Part shown: positions 23,011 to 34,397 of the stretch, one piece after another
Layout of the letters: the number at the start of each line of letters is the position of its first letter
How positions within the stretch are numbered: position 1 is the stretch's first letter
From: Callorhinchus milii
Lineage: Eukaryota
Direction of reading: 5' to 3'
Assembly (NCBI RefSeq): GCF_018977255.1
Contig: NW_024705486.1
Location: 1 to 40,465, forward strand
Length of the DNA: 40,465 bases
Notes under the pieces: generated by a model
What the model was told of the DNA's origin: nothing
The model's database searches: none
Seen by the model: only the letters and a program-made list of their open reading frames with translations
Position numbers and translations under genes: made by a program

Positions 23011-23389
23011 GTGAGCGTAGTAACAGCAGTGGTGTTATCGAGTCAAAAGTACGCTATCGGCCGCAAGGATGTTTAGCGTTGAGTTTAATATTTCGTTAAA
23101 TGCTAAAACAAGAACGACACTCGCGTCTAACCGAGACGCAAAAAAACCCGTAAATTTGACGACGAACACGTTTAAGATTTTATCCGCGAAAATAGACACT
23201 TACTTGGAGATTCACGGTATTTCGATGTCTAGAACCCGTCTGAAGATGTCGCCACGAACTCTCCGGACGCAAAGTCGACTAACTGTCGACACAGCAATTG
23301 TGCTCACCAGGCTGCGTTGTCTCGCGGTTGAAGGGCGATCAGCAGAGCGACGAGTCGAGCGTCCAACCTCATCAAGTTCCCTCTCGAAA

Positions 23390-23555
23390 TGGCATTGAGC
23401 TCTGCTTCTGAGCCGCCTTATAACTCCCCCCCCTAGGATCCAATCCTTTGTCTTTCAGGATATTTGCATTCGATTGTTAATTTTGAAGGCACAATCCGCA
23501 TGTCTATTAACATACCGAAGGGTAATGTGCCCATTGTGCTTCATGCATGAATATG
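23390..23555 (-). promoter_or_regulatory. Putative promoter of ZNF copy 5
   Basis: TTATAA 23418-23423, octamer 23462-23469. Confidence 0.5.
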
Positions 23556-24548
23556 TAAGTGCATCTCAGTGTGTAATTATGCGCTTATTTTGAATAAATG
23601 GAAAAACACGTTCCCCATGCCCTCCATTGTCCTCGATTTAAAGTGAATGCAGCCCCGTGGCGTTGCCAAAAATCGCGAAGCTTCGCGTGTGAGCACGTAC
23701 AGACGCGTAGTGACCACACTTGCAATACAATCACTCTAACATCAGTAACCAAAATCCGATCTGGTACGTGGGTCTCCGCTTGGTCTGGTTTGTATCCGTC
23801 ATAACTCCGGAGACAAACAGCGAGGCATGGTTTGGCCAGCCACCAACTCGTTTGCCAAAGCGACTTTAATAGCTGCTCTCAAACAACACTATCACCAATG
23901 GTGGTTTATAGGCTAGGCTGTTAAGTGGATAATCAGTCTTTTTGGGCAAGGCGTATGGGATAATACACACCTCTGTTATCCCATAAACACAATACACAGC
24001 AGCGGTAAGGCTGCCTTGTTGGGGAGATGTAGCTTGGGTAAGGTGCTGTCACTGGAGTTAGGCGATGTGACTGGGTTATCACACGGATTCCGAAAAGCAG
24101 CTTAGACAATACGATCCACTGCGCTCCATCTCCCCACATGAACGACGACATTCTGAGTTTTAAAAAAAGTGGAATATATATTTGTAAATACGTTATTTTA
24201 AATAATGTGTATTGTATCTATGTTACAATGTGTGATTGTTATATTCTTTATTTGCGTATACTGTATATACTTACATGACTATTCGATTCCATTGATACTA
24301 CACATTCATCCAACAGTGGAAAGTGTGATTCTAATACGAGTGGGATTCGAATAGTTTAACACGTAGGCTTTCGCGACCAATGTTATTCATAATCAACGTT
24401 TTTGGGTTTAGATCGCGTTTATTTATAAATGTGTCGTAACCCTCCACCACCCGACACGGCCAATCAGTAAAAATGTGTCACGTTGACAAAGACAAATAGT
24501 TCACTGCTTTAGCCCACCGGTGTGTTGAAGCAACAACATTTACAATTT

Positions 24549-24596
24549 GAGTACGACGTTTCGCTGGTAATTGCAACCAGCATCATCGGGCAATTC
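24549..24596 (-). ncRNA. Hammerhead ribozyme motif in the Penelope pLTR (variant core CCGAUGA)
   Basis: Minus strand reads ttgc-CCGATGA-t-gctggt[tgcaatt]accagc-GAAA-c-GTC-gta. Stem II is a perfect 6 bp; stem I is weak. Confidence 0.6.
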
Positions 24597-24854
24597 GCCA
24601 GAATGGTGAGGCTCTCCTGTGTCTCCCGTTCTTATATAGAGCAGCAGCAGGGTGACGTCATCATTAACTCATTAACTCATCAGGTGCAAAGATTCAAGGG
24701 GGGAGTGATTGTAATTATATACTAGATTAGTAATCAGGCTATTGTTACGATGCGAGTTGTAGATTAGTAATCATTTGGAATGTGTTTTATTGTGATTATG
24801 CTACATTAGTAATCAGTTAGTGGTTGTTTCCCTTATAAGTAATTGTAATGTATC

Positions 24855-27206
24855 TTATTTAATAATACGCTTCCAGGCCGCACTAAGCCTGTAGCTGTCT
24901 GAGCGATTAAAGTTATTTCTGTTTCTCTCAATTTCAATCGATTCTCTAATTAGTCTTTGCCAGTAGTAACTAGTTTTACACAACACTTCCACGTTGTCAA
25001 AATCAATTGAGTGTCCCTGTTGGCATGCATGTTCTGCTACTGCCGACAGTTGTGTTTGTGATAGTTTAATATTTCTCTGGTGTTCTTTTAGTCTTACACT
25101 AACGTTACGCCCTGTCTGTCCAATATAGCATCTGCCACATACACAATTAATCCGATATACACCTTCTGTTGATAATTTAGGTAATTCGTCTTTAGTGCAC
25201 GTTACTAGTTGTTGAATTTTGTGTACTGTACCAAATCTTACTGTAATGTTTTGCTTTTGCAAAACACGGGCTAATTTATCAGTTACTCCTGAGATAAATG
25301 GTATTTTTATTGTTTTAATAATCTGATCGCTTTCAGCAGTGTTGCTTTGCGATCGTGATTTGGCTTTTAGTGCTCTGTTAATTTGAGCATTATTGTAGCC
25401 ATTCTGTCTTAGTGCTTCTTTAACATGTTTAATCTCTCTCACTAGACTTTCACCATCTGACACTGTTTTAGCCCGATGTATGAGCGTCTTGATAAGAGAG
25501 GATTTCTGAGCTGGGTGATGATGCGAATCTGCATTCAGATAGGCATCAGTGTGCGTTGGCTTTCTGTAAACGCTGTGTGTTATTTTACCGTTTGGGCCAT
25601 GCCCAAGTAAAATATCCAGGAACGGGAGTGTGTTATTCACCTCCATTTCCATGGTGAACTGAATGGCCGGGTTTTGTGCATTGAGATGATTTAGAAAATC
25701 GTTAAGTGTATCTTTACCATGTGGCCAGACAACCAAAGTGTCATCCACATATCTAAACCAAAAGGATGGTTTTAATGTGCTCGAGGCAAGTGCTCTGGTT
25801 TCAAAGTTTTCCATGTACAAATTTGCTATAGCAGGAGATAAAGGAGAGCCCATTGCTGCTCCCTCCCTTTGTTTAAAGAATTCGCCTCTCCATAAGAAGT
25901 AAGTGTTATTTAAACAATGGTCTGCGAGTTTCGGAATATCTTTTGGTAAACCTGTATTCTTTACCAGTGTATCAAGTAATTTAAGCGACTCGCTCACTGG
26001 AACCTTAGTGAATAGCGAAATCACATCAAAACTCACCAAAATATCATTAGGGTTAAGTTTAATATCTTTGATCATATTCACAAGATGTTCTGAATTTCTT
26101 ATGAATGATGATGTCCTACCGATGTAAGGCTGAATTTGTTTAGTTACATATTTTGCTAATTTATAGGTGGCAGAGCCAATTGTACTGACTATAGGTCGTA
26201 AAGGGATGCCGACTTTATGGATCTTTGGTAGCCCATACAGTCTAGGTGGTTTTGAAGCCCTTGGCTTAATTAGGAATTGCTCATTTTTTGGGATTAATGA
26301 ATTTGCAATGATTGCAGTAGTCTTACGTTCCAAAGTATTAGTTGGATCTCGTTTAATTTTAATGTAGGTACTTTCCTCTAATAAATCTTTAATTTTATTA
26401 TCATAATCGGCTCGTGACATCACTACTGTAGTGCGGCCCTTGTCAGCTGCTAGGATTTGAATATCTTTGTTTAGACGAAGCTCTCTTAAGGCTTTTGCCT
26501 CGTTCGAGCTAATATTTACTTTAGGTACTTTACTATTCTCAATAATTTTGGCAACCTCGTGTCTAGTCATCTCTGCCTCATTATGTGGAAGGAGTCTTAC
26601 TGCTGATTCTACCTCAGCAATTATCTCATCCACTGGAATTGTGCGTGGGGTAACGGCAAAGTTAAGGCCTTTAGAAAGGACAGAAATCATGTCAGTGGTT
26701 AAATCAGTGTTAGTCAAGTTCATTACGGTTTTGTTTTTAAATTGTTCGTTTTTAATAGGGATTTGTTTATTGTAAAGTCTAGAAAATTTGTTAATTTGGT
26801 TAGCATTTGTTAGATTAAACACATTATCAGCCGATTGTTGTGTTATAGTATCGATTATATTCCAATCATGCATGGACACACTATTGCTTATATTTAAATG
26901 TAAATGCTTTAGCGATTCAGAAATGTTGGATAATTCACTCCTGTTGTGTTGTATTCTCTCTATTAATAATAATTCGCTAGCTTTGTGTAGTATTTTGTTA
27001 GCCTTAGAAGACTTTATGTGATGTGTTATTTTAACTGCGTTTGGTATTACCTTCGAATCTCTGCACCTTTTGAGGAACGCCAATGAAGATATCAATTTCA
27101 TCCGCTTAATGCGGAGCTTCTCCAATTTTCTGGTTTTAAGAAAAGTATCCTCCCCATAGAGGTTAGTCAGTTTAACACGTAGGCTTTCGCGACCAATGTT
27201 ATTCAT
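24855..27206 (-). CDS. Penelope-like reverse transcriptase with C-terminal GIY-YIG endonuclease, 783 aa from the first ATG
   Basis: Motifs ADKG, LYGLPKIHK..PLRPIVS, SFDVISLFT, GAAMGSPLSP, RYVDD, LPFLD, YRKPTHT and GVYRINCVCGRCYIGQTGR...RLKEH. No stops. Confidence 0.96.
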   Translation of the reverse strand: MNNIGRESLRVKLTNLYGEDTFLKTRKLEKLRIKRMKLISSLAFLKRCRDSKVIPNAVKITHHIKSSKANKILHKASELLLIERIQHNRSELSNISESLKHLHLNISNSVSMHDWNIIDTITQQSADNVFNLTNANQINKFSRLYNKQIPIKNEQFKNKTVMNLTNTDLTTDMISVLSKGLNFAVTPRTIPVDEIIAEVESAVRLLPHNEAEMTRHEVAKIIENSKVPKVNISSNEAKALRELRLNKDIQILAADKGRTTVVMSRADYDNKIKDLLEESTYIKIKRDPTNTLERKTTAIIANSLIPKNEQFLIKPRASKPPRLYGLPKIHKVGIPLRPIVSTIGSATYKLAKYVTKQIQPYIGRTSSFIRNSEHLVNMIKDIKLNPNDILVSFDVISLFTKVPVSESLKLLDTLVKNTGLPKDIPKLADHCLNNTYFLWRGEFFKQREGAAMGSPLSPAIANLYMENFETRALASSTLKPSFWFRYVDDTLVVWPHGKDTLNDFLNHLNAQNPAIQFTMEMEVNNTLPFLDILLGHGPNGKITHSVYRKPTHTDAYLNADSHHHPAQKSSLIKTLIHRAKTVSDGESLVREIKHVKEALRQNGYNNAQINRALKAKSRSQSNTAESDQIIKTIKIPFISGVTDKLARVLQKQNITVRFGTVHKIQQLVTCTKDELPKLSTEGVYRINCVCGRCYIGQTGRNVSVRLKEHQRNIKLSQTQLSAVAEHACQQGHSIDFDNVEVLCKTSYYWQRLIRESIEIERNRNNFNRSDSYRLSAAWKRIIK

Positions 27207-29044
27207 AATCAACGATTTTTGGGTTTAGATCGCGTTTATTTATAAATGTGTCGTAACCCTCCACCACCCGACACGGCCAATCAGTAAAAAATGTGTCACG
27301 TTGACAAAGACAAATAGATTCCACCATAAACGGAGTTACGGTATGAGAATGTCATTAGAAGCATTTTAATCGCTCATATGTATGTAAAGTGTACGTTCAA
27401 TCGAATCGGGGGACGGATATGCGAACTGTGGGGGTTTGCAGGGTTAGAATCGCATTCAAATTATTCTAGTAACAATATGTTCGTATGCGCATTTTACTGT
27501 GCTTGAATATATGTTATGTGCAAATGCGAATCGTTAGTCATAAATGCTAGGCAGGGTTTAAAATGTGCATGTTTAATCCAGTGTTAACGTTAATCCAGTG
27601 TTAGCATTATATTTAAGGACAATATTGTTAATATCAATTCGTCTGGACATGGCACGTGCCTTGTTCGTCTCGATCAACGAAAATTAGTACAATGTCGGTC
27701 ATAAAGGTGTTCGAGTTCATTCATAAGCAGTGTTCGCTGATCCCCGATGACACAGACCTATACACAAACAAAGTACTCTTTATTAATTTAATTATCAGCT
27801 CAGACATCATCATCTCAATCATTTCCAAAGACGTGTGGGGTCCCGCGAGAGCAGGGCCTGGCAACAAATATCTGAGCAGCGGAAGCAGCAGAATCAGAAG
27901 TAGCTGCGTCGCCCTCGAAATGTGATGTTGCTGCTGCTGCATTTGCTTCTGCGTCGATCAAGATTGACGCTCTTGATCAACTCTGACATTGTAGACTCTC
28001 ACATGTTAAACTCTAACATAGTGAAATATAATATTATAACCTATGAACTACAACCTAGCCATTGTTACGCTTTAAAATACGATTAACTGTTATAGTGCAG
28101 AACCACATAATTGGAGGTGTGGGATTATAATCGCATACTAATCATTAGAATCGCACTGAGCTAATTAGAATCACACTGTGGTTGTACGTATGGTAAGTTA
28201 ATATGACAACCGGGGGTAGGATATGCAGGATTAGAATCGAATTACAATTATTCGAATCCCACTCGTATTAGAATCACACTTTCCACTGTTGGATGAATGT
28301 GTCGTATCAATGGAATCGAATAGCCATGTAAGTATATACAGTATACACAAATAAAGAGTATAACAATCACACATTGTAACATAGATACAATAAACATTAT
28401 TTAAAAAAACGTATTTAAAATATATATTCCACTTTTTTAAACTCAGAATGTCGTCGTTCATGTGGGGAGATGGAGCGCAGTGGATCGTATCGTCTAAGCT
28501 GCTTTTCGGAATCCGTGTGATAACCCAGTCACATCGCCTAACTCCAGTGACAGCACCTTACCCAAGCTACATCTCCCCAACAAGGCAGCCTTACCGATGC
28601 TGTGTATTGTGTTTACGGGATAACAGAGGTGTGTATTTTCCCATGCGCCTTGCCCAAAAAGACTGATTGTCCGCTTAACAGCCTAGCCTGTAAACCACCA
28701 TTGGTGATAGTGTTGTTTGAGAGCAGCTATTAAAGTCGCTTTGGCAAACGAGGTGGTGGCTGGCCAAACCATGCCTCGCTGTTTGTCTCCGGAGTGATGA
28801 CGGATACAAACCAGACCAAGCGGAGACCATGTACCAGATCGGATTTTGGTTACTGATGTTAGAGTGATTGTATTGCAAGTGTGGTCACTACGCGACTGTA
28901 TGTGCTCACTCCCGAAGCTCGGCGATTTTTGGCAACGCCACGGGGCTGCATTCACTTTAAATCGAGGACAATGGAGGGCATGGGGAACGTGTTTTTCCAT
29001 TTATTCAAAATAAGCGCACAATTACACACTGAGATGCACTTACA

Positions 29045-29205
29045 TATTCATGCATGAAGCACAAAGGGCACATTACCCTTCGGTATGTTAATAGACATGC
29101 GGATTGTACCTTCCAAAATTAACAATCGAATGCAAATATCCTGAAAGACAAAGGATTGGATCCTAGGGGGGGAGTTATAAGGCGGCTCAGAAGCAGAGCT
29201 CAATG
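29045..29205 (+). promoter_or_regulatory. Putative promoter of ZNF copy 6
   Basis: AACAAT 29121-29126, ATGCAAAT 29130-29137, TTATAA 29175-29180. Confidence 0.5.
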
Positions 29206-29589
29206 CCATTTCGAGAGGGAACTTGATGAGGTTGGACGCTCGACTCGTCGCTCTGCTGATCGCCCTTCAACCGCGAGACAACGCAGCCTGGCGAGCACAA
29301 TTGCTGTGTCGACAGTTAGGCGACTTTGCGTCGGGAGAGTTCGTGGCGACATCTTCAGACGGGTTTCAGACATCGATATACCGTGAATCTCCAAGTAAGT
29401 GTCTATTTTCGCGGATAAACTCTTAAACGTGTTCGTCGTCAAATTAGCGGGATTTTTTTTGCGTCTCGGTTAGACGCGAGTGTCGTTCTTGTTTTAGCAG
29501 TTAACAAAATCCAAAACTCAACGCTAAACATCCTTGCGGCCGATAGCGTACTTTTGACTCAATAACACCGCTACTGTTACTACGCTCAC

Positions 29590-30216
29590 ATGGAGCAGAG
29601 ACGCTCTCCACAGCCCCACGCACACGGAGGCAAGAAGCCATTCAATTGCTCTGTGTGTGGGAAGTCCTTTTCATGGCCATCACATCTTCAGAGACACCAG
29701 AGAACACACACGGGCGAGAAGCCATTCCTGTGCCCTGTGTGTGGGAAGACATTTGCACGGTCATCACATCTTCAGAGACACCAGAGAACACACACGGGCG
29801 AGAAGCCATTCCTGTGCCCTGTGTGTGGAAGACATTTGCACCCTGTGTGTGGAAGACATTTGCACGGTCATCACATCTTCAGAGTCACCAGAGAACACAC
29901 ACGGGCGAGAAGCCATTCCTGTGCCCTGTGTGGGAAGACATTTGCACACTCATCACATCTTCAGATTCATCAGAGAACACACACGGGCGAGAAGCCATTC
30001 CTGTGCCCTGTGTGTGGGAAGGCATTTTCACAGTCGTCAAATCTTAACACGCATCAAAAGGTCCACAATGATAGGAAACTGAAATCAAAAGCTGAAGTTC
30101 AAGGTGCTGCATTGAGTCCTGAAGAATTTTCCACCCTCGATCCCATGCAGTTGGATCCCGAGAGATGGCTGGATGTAATGGAGTGGCTCGACGATCAAAC
30201 CGAGAGTCAGGGATGA
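29590..30216 (+). CDS. C2H2 zinc-finger gene copy 6, open 208-aa frame, ~5 finger units, of which units 3-4 are scrambled by compensating indels
   Basis: Family N- and C-termini are in one frame. A 24-bp tandem duplication (29817-29864), a -1 indel and a later -2 indel restore the frame. Confidence 0.8.
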   Translation: MEQRRSPQPHAHGGKKPFNCSVCGKSFSWPSHLQRHQRTHTGEKPFLCPVCGKTFARSSHLQRHQRTHTGEKPFLCPVCGRHLHPVCGRHLHGHHIFRVTREHTRARSHSCALCGKTFAHSSHLQIHQRTHTGEKPFLCPVCGKAFSQSSNLNTHQKVHNDRKLKSKAEVQGAALSPEEFSTLDPMQLDPERWLDVMEWLDDQTESQG

Positions 30217-32029
30217 CTGAACAAATATTACGTCAGGTAATATTTGTTAGTTTTACAGTTTTTGTGAGAGTTTAATGACGTGCACAATGGTGGTTTGTAA
30301 TGTTATCGGATTACTTGCCGAAGTGGCGTGATGAGCAGTGGTTGTGAGATGATTCAATTCCGGACAATATTGTAGTGTTTAAGTCTTCCTGTTGAGCTAA
30401 AGTTGGAATGCATCTTTAGTTAGATCTTTTCTCAACATTTTAAACGGGTTTTTTCAAGCATATAGCTTTTTTTGGTTGGTATTAATCGACTTTAGATAAC
30501 CGATTTAAGGATGTACATTGATGACGCGTTCGTTGGATATATGGCCTTGACTTCAACATAGACGCACAGTGAACAAATGTGGTGAACTAATAAGGAAATC
30601 ATGGGGAATGATACTTTAACGCTTTGGTATTCCTGGAACGGATATGGTTTGCATTGTATTGTAACTGTTTGAACATAGGACATAATACATTCGGTTCGAG
30701 TTTTGACTTAAAAATGATTGCAGATGAATAAAAAAGTTTTTTTTAACAAATGTGTGTCCGTTTATTTATTCATATCAACAACGTGTTTTAAGCGAGTTTC
30801 AGGTGGAGGATCTTCGTCACACAAATCTGCCCTTAACCGGCAGTCTCCCCCATTAACATGTGTCCTGGAGGGGAAAGGGCCCCATTATAAATCGATTCAC
30901 AACGTTACGGTCCCTAATCATCAAGTATACAGGGAATCCTGTACGCTATGACACGTGAACTGTAACACTATAAACGATAACACGAAACATTAAAATACTA
31001 TAAACTAGTTTAATCATTTATAACACCAAAAACAGAGGTACGGTATTATAATCTCATTTCAAGAATTAGAATTACAATGTGATTGTATTAGAATCACACT
31101 CTGCGCATATGAATGTATAGTGTACGTGCAAGCGAACTGTGCTCGTATGTACGAATGTAATATGCATCTATGGCCTTTGGACATGCGAACCGGTGGTCGA
31201 ATATGCGAATTGGGGGGTGCAGGATTATGATCGGATTAAAACGATTAGAATATCACTTTGGTAGTATTAGAATTACACTGAGCTAGAATGTATGTTATAT
31301 GTAGATGCACATCGGGAGTCGTAAATGCGGCCTGGGTGGTGCCAGATTTAGAATCGCATCAAAATTATTAAAATCGCACCATGGTCGTATTAGAATCAAG
31401 CTGCCCACTGCTGGTAGAATGTTACATCGCAATGGCACCGAATAGCAATATACAGCATTGATATTGTGCGTGGAGCCTACAAGCGCAACCTTGCGCATTT
31501 TGACCTGGTTCTCGACGCCCGTCCCGCGCCCATGGTAGAATCTTGTGCATTCGGGGCGTCAAGGGTTCGCACCACAGCCTTGAAGGATTAGGCAGGTCCC
31601 TGGCTTCTTTTGAAGAATATGACCAGGCTCCAGGCACCGGTTCCTCGCACGTGGCGGATCCTTGAGGCACCCCGGGCCTCAAGCTATACATTATAACGCT
31701 ATACAATAACATTATTAACTAGTGTTATAGATTAGAACAACCTGTGCATGTAACATATATATATGCAACATGTATGTATGTAATATTGGGTTTGTGCGAT
31801 TATTTTATATATACATACTGAATATTGCTATTTGATGCCATTGAGATTAACATTCATCCAGCAGTGGACAGCTTGATCTTAATACCACCAAAGTGTTATA
31901 CAAATAATTGTAATCCCATCCTGATCCTGCACGTTCCGTTTCACATATCCCACCATTGGTTCGCACGTCCATATTACATACATGCATATCATGTTACATG
32001 CATACATGTTACATGCATACATGTGAAGT

Positions 32030-32540
32030 ATGGGAATTGACGGCAGGAACTTCTTGACGGGAACACACTTTTTATTCAATCTTTACGTGTCAAAATACAC
32101 ACACTCCACTACTCTCGTGTAAACTCTAGGCCTCTGGCTACACACGATACCCTTCACTCGTGTAGACCCTATGCCTCTGGCTACACAATACACTCGACTC
32201 GTGTAGACCCTATGTCCCTGGCTACACACACTGCATTCGACTCGTGTAGACCCTATGCCTCTGGCTACACACACTACACTCGCCTCTGGGTACACAGAGT
32301 CCCGGTCCCGTTAGGACAGCGGACTAGGTACCGCAGGGCCCTAGGTCTTCATCCCCGTCTTCATTCTTCGCTGGTTACACACTGCCCTCACGCCTGTTGT
32401 GCATCCCCTTTTATAGCCCCTGCTCACGAGAGACGGAGCTGATGCGTACGTCAACGTGAGCATCGCTCCTTAATGAACCAATCACGACGCACTCTGTGTT
32501 CGCGAACACGGACCGTGTTCGCGAACACAAGGCAGATTTG
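32030..32540 (-). mobile_element. LTR-like sequence, boundaries uncertain
   Basis: On the minus strand: CCAAT box (~32478), TGACGT, TATAAAAG (~32408-32415), short tandem repeats, AATAAA (32071-32076) and a CA end. It lies next to a Gypsy integrase relic on the same strand. Confidence 0.5.
32110..32295. repeat. ~42-45-bp tandem repeat, ~4 copies (actcgtgtagaccctatgcctctggctacacac...)
   Basis: Unit visible starting near 32111, 32156, 32197 and 32240. Confidence 0.85.
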
Positions 32541-33049
32541 AAACACGGCAGAACCAGTTCCTCTGCCGTGGCTGATCACTTTTATAATGCGGTAGGCTCG
32601 CACGATATTGTTTTTTTCCGAGACCAAGGTACTCTGCAAACCCTCCGGCTACCATCAAAAATTTGTCTATAAAGCCATCCAAATATATTGTTTGTGAATT
32701 CACATTACGGGGTCTGATTACACTGGTGCCCACAATAATTTTTTGCCCAGATAAGCTCAGCCAACTTCCCAATGGCAACCTTTGAGCATTATCTACAATG
32801 TCCTGGATTAAAACTTGCTGTGCAGATACGTGCAACCAATCATGGGGGGTTGGGGGGGGGGAGCAGGTGAGGGGTGGGGTTCAGTGGGTGTAATGGTCGT
32901 CCGGTGAATGATGTCCTGTATATTGCGGAGTGTATTGGATCATTGGAAAGGGGTGGGGGGGGGGGTGATGGTGTAGGGGGGGGGAGATGTTGCAACCCCA
33001 GGGTGGTGTTGTTGGGCCAGGTGCCTACTGAATGGCGGCGCCACAAGGG

Positions 33050-33400
33050 CTGTCTTATAGGGATAGCCACGCCACCGGATAACAGGTGAAATACTCTGCG
33101 GCCACGAGTATGTACCTATTGCTCGAGTTGGATCATGGAAACGGCCCTTGCAGGTCAACCTCGACTAGTTGGTTGGCCCGGCTGATGCCGAATGTCCTCA
33201 GGGGTTACCTCATACCGCGCGATTTTCTGCCCGCACTGTTGGCAAGTGCAGCGGCCCTGTATACATGCAGCCATGTCCTGGGTCAGTTTGGGCCACAGGT
33301 ATTGGCGGTGCAGGGTCCCCCAGGTGTGCTGCTCCCCGTCATGGCCCCTGACCGGGTGGTCATGTACCAGCCGCAACAGCTGGGGTCACACCAGGGCGGG
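33050..33400 (-). pseudogene. Ty3/Gypsy integrase relic (HHCC zinc domain and start of catalytic core)
   Basis: HDHPVRGHDG...YLWPKLTQDM...CTCQ, then after a frameshift VDLQGPFP*SNSSNRYILVAAEYFT, then AIPI. Confidence 0.85.
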
Positions 33401-33875
33401 AAAACAGATACATCCTGGCTGCCTGGCTTCAGTTAGTTCCTTTACCACCCTGTCTGTAACGTACCTCCAACTCCTTGTGAGGGGTCAGCATTACCTCACC
33501 CGATGGTCGGTGAGTGGGGTCAGTGAGCAGGCCGATGGTGATGGCTGACACTAGGGTAGCGGCCGCGAGCTTGAAGCGAGGCGATCCAGCTTCATCCCAA
33601 GAACGGGATCCTCTCCCCGCTTCCCTCCACGGTGGTGCATCATTGGCGGGGCTGCACATTAAGCCCCAATTTCTCCAGGAGGTCGGTGCCTGCAATACAC
33701 TCACGGCATAACAAACTTGACACGTAGAGTTCCTGGTTACACAGCTGGTGTCCAAGAAAAGGACTTCGAGCGTGATTCGCCCCAAGCAGGCCCATCCAAA
33801 AAAAACTTAAAACTGAGAATCTTAAAACACACAAGAACTGTTATAGTTGAGAATTAAAAAAACATAAAAAACCAC

Positions 33876-34029
33876 TGAGACCTCCTTTACCAGTGACAAA
33901 ATATAGTAATAGGTTTTTACCTTGTGGTTATTGCAAACATGATGTCTTGTATCAAGGTGTCAGTTTTTTGTACCAATTGAAAGGGTAAAAACCTATTACT
34001 ATATTTTGTCACTGGTAAAGGAGGTCTCA
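33876..34029. repeat. Perfect 46-bp inverted repeat with 62-bp spacer
   Basis: tgagacctcctttaccagtgacaaaatatagtaataggtttttacc (33876-33921) and its reverse complement (33984-34029). Confidence 0.9.
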
Positions 34030-34397
34030 TAGTGTAAATGCTTACCCCGAGCTCTCAATACTCTGATAGTGTGCTGTCTTTGAGTTGTACGCCTTTTGGC
34101 GTCATCTGGTCCAACACCAATAGAGACTAGCTCTAAGAAAAGCTGTCTCGGGTGTGGACAATCAACTTCAAGGACAGTGCATATCATTATCGTCATCAGA
34201 GTTGTTTCTTTTTTGTTTGCATTTTGGCTGCTTGTGTTGCGGTTATTGCAAACATGATGCCTTGTATAAAGTTGTCAGTTTTTGTACCAGTTGAAATGGT
34301 AAAAACCTATTACCATAAAACACCGTTGTGTTAAATTAGGCATAGGTTCAATTAAAAAGAATGTACACAACCCCACGCATACATTAACACTTTGACT

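Larger units (their letters stand above)
24353..27317 (-). mobile_element. Penelope-like retroelement (Penelope/Poseidon type, family A): truncated 5' pLTR, ORF, full 3' pLTR with tail
   Basis: A ~148-bp direct repeat lies at 27170-27317 and 24353-24499 and overlaps the ORF start. The RT+GIY-YIG ORF is intact. The 3' pLTR contains TATA (24632-24639), TGACGTCA (24653-24660) and a hammerhead motif. Confidence 0.93.

Noticed and set aside
25903..27021. Plus-strand ORFs inside the Penelope element
   Set aside because: Antisense shadows of the RT ORF.
32842..32990. G-runs as a G-quadruplex, or as a polypurine tract preceding a plus-strand LTR (…ggggagaTGTTGCA)
   Set aside because: The orientation conflicts with the minus-strand integrase and LTR, and the boundaries cannot be resolved by eye.
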